A stretch of 63,937 nucleotides of DNA, filler included, from Octopus bimaculoides (taxonomy: Eukaryota), in the NCBI RefSeq assembly GCF_001194135.2. It is 5 parts of 4 records of this genome, joined end to end, with 100 filler letters (N's around TTAATTAATTAA, not from the genome) between each part and the next. Parts side by side here need not be neighbours in the genome. Positions count along the whole stretch, not along the records: positions 55,275 to 63,937 come from NC_068994.1; 4 more parts are not named here. The stretch is one strand, 5' to 3'. Positions 62,020-63,937 of the stretch are shown piece after piece (within the stretch, counting starts at the first letter, position 1; every line of letters starts with the position of its first letter). Position numbers and translations under genes: made by a program. The notes below the pieces were generated by a model that made no database searches, was not told the origin of the DNA, and saw nothing but the letters and a program-made list of their open reading frames with translations.

Positions 62020-62175
62020 ACATTTATACATCGGCCTTATTTCAATTTCCGTTTACTAAATCCACTCACAGGACTGTGTTCGGTCGGTCCAAGGCTATAG
62101 TAAGAGAGACTTGCCAAAGGTCCCACGCCGTGAAACTGAACCCAGTACCATGTTGTTGAGAACCAAACTTCTTGA
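62020..62175 (-). mobile_element. SINE family A, degenerate
   Basis: gggttcagtttcacggcgtgggacctttggcaagtctctc...ggatttagtaaacggaaattg on the reverse strand. Confidence 0.75.
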
Positions 62176-62284
62176 AATACCAATTTTTCAGAAAGTTATG
62201 AAGAAACAAATAGAGCTGTGTGAATTAACCTAAATTCCTCTCAACTCCTCCGGAATAATTTTTTCACAATAAATTTCAATATAA

Positions 62285-62615
62285 CATAGTGCCAAAGATA
62301 CCAGCAATGCCATTGCGCTTCAGGACCAGTTACTGCCACAATTTGGGTTTCAGGGGCCCACAGCTTTTTAATACTCTCCCAAAGAGCCTGAGGAACCTGC
62401 ACAAAGTAGATGTAGAGGTTTTTAAATCAAAGCTGGACCTCTTCCTGTCCAGAGTCCCAGATGAACCTACCTCATGGCAAGAGGTGCAAATGAGGGTAGC
62501 TACATCAAACTCCATTCTTCACCAAGTACCACATATTGGAGGAGGCTCTCAGTAATAAAAGTGTAGCAAAACGACGGTGCATCAGCATGGCCGCAGCTTT
62601 CAGCTGAAACTATAG
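62285..62615 (+). mobile_element. CR1-like LINE 3' end including the 3' tail
   Basis: LGFRGPQLFNTLPKSLRNL...FKSKLDLFLSRVPDEP...*, followed by ggtgcatcagcatggccgcagctttcagctgaaact. Confidence 0.85.
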
Positions 62616-63179
62616 AAAAAAACTGTAATCTACAACCTCTAAAATATGTCTCTGGAAATTTTCGTTAAAAAATACGCATTTTTCAGGAAATTACGAGGAA
62701 ACTAAGTCGGAAGGAGGAGTACACATCTGCAGTTATACAACATGCATTTTGCTGAGCGTAATATCTATAAGTTATGATTCACAGCAGGAGAACCTCTTTC
62801 CTTATATTTTCACTGCGTTGTTAATATCCCCAGGGATGTCAAAGGATTTCATATCTGTAGCCATTGGCTGATCAATTAACCAGAATAAGGCATAAGGCTT
62901 GGCATTGCTGATTTTATCCCTTAAAACAATTAAGAAGATAAAAGATTGTCAGAGCTACGTCTCAATGATCTAAAGAATTGTAAATGTTATTTCGTTAGAC
63001 TTTCATGTTTTAATCCGTGTAAAAACCAGCCAAGATATCGGGTTACCCATCCATATTCTGCGTTGGAAGAAAGAGCCGATATCTGCAAGTATATGTATGT
63101 ATGTATGTGTGTGTGTGTGTGTGTGTGTATACATACGCACAAACACAAACATCTAAATATGTGTACGCACATACACACA

Positions 63180-63223
<44 letters not shown>

Positions 63224-63394
63224 AACTCATAATTCCATACATACGCACATGAACACATACATAAATGTGCATATAGTATTGTTGACTTGATACATATATA
63301 TTAGCAAGGTTTTAATAGTTCCTTTATTTATTTTTTGTCTTTGTGGCTTATGAAAATGGTTCCAGAGCCATTTTACAAGGAAAGAAGCTACGAA

Positions 63395-63530
63395 TTGCAA
63401 GAGAATCAGATACAATACCTTGCCGTATTTCTTCAGTTATCTTGCGGTCTGAGTTCAAATACTACTGGTACGGCCTTTAGATTTATCCTTTTCAGTTTGA
63501 TAAACAAAGCACCTGCAAGTACTGGAGGCA
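63395..63530 (+). mobile_element. SINE family B, degenerate
   Basis: ctgagttcaaatac...ttatccttttcagtttgataaacaaagcacc. Confidence 0.55.
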
Positions 63531-63636
63531 AACTCACCCTTCACCCCTCACTATCTTCCTCTCTCCCACTCTCTCATTTTCAGTCTGCCTGTCTCTGTGT
63601 GTCTCTCTCCGTCTCTCTATCTCTCTATCTCCCCCC

Positions 63637-63667
<31 letters not shown>

Positions 63668-63890
63668 CTAGCTCTATCTCTCTCCTAGCTCTATCTCTCT
63701 CCTAGCTCTCTCTCTCTCACTCCTTGTAACAAAATCGGCATGTTTAAGGGATGAAGAAAAAAACGTTGACATTGCGGTACTACCAGTCTTTTAACTATAA
63801 TTCGTCTCCGTCTTTTTTCACACACACTCTCTCTCTCTCTCTCTCGCGCACATACCATACATACATACATGCACACACACACACACACAT

Positions 63891-63937
<47 letters not shown>

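Overview
AT-rich eukaryotic genomic DNA from a gappy short-read draft assembly. N-gaps mostly abut microsatellites, and four contain an artificial TTAATTAATTAA spacer. The microsatellite load and the tRNA-derived SINE families resemble a coleoid cephalopod such as Octopus; this is an inference from recalled repeat families, not a database result. Most ORFs in the supplied track are microsatellite or N artefacts. I found no complete host gene, rRNA, true tRNA or CRISPR array. The only reasonable host-gene signal is one 90-nt exon on the minus strand (20372-20461). The rest is a dense set of decayed mobile elements. These are at least five Penelope-like (PLE) copies or fragments, an internally deleted Mag-type Gypsy LTR element, RTE, CR1-like, R4/Dong-like and L1/Tx1-like LINE fragments, Helitron, mariner and possible MULE remnants, several MITEs and foldbacks, and many SINE copies. 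The most notable signal is a set of hammerhead ribozyme (HHR) motifs, all on the minus strand. Two apparently intact type I HHRs lie in the direct repeats of a near full-length PLE (33359-33450 and 37062-37153). A CUGUUGA core variant lies at 33113-33149. A roughly 320-nt element (53795-54112) joins a Pol III tRNA-like head to a minimal PLE-type HHR, making it a candidate PLE-mobilised, SINE-like retrozyme. Other points are an RTE family ending in three C2H2 fingers, a 3' tail shared between a SINE and a CR1-like LINE, and a MITE carrying octamer plus CCAAT motifs in both TIRs.
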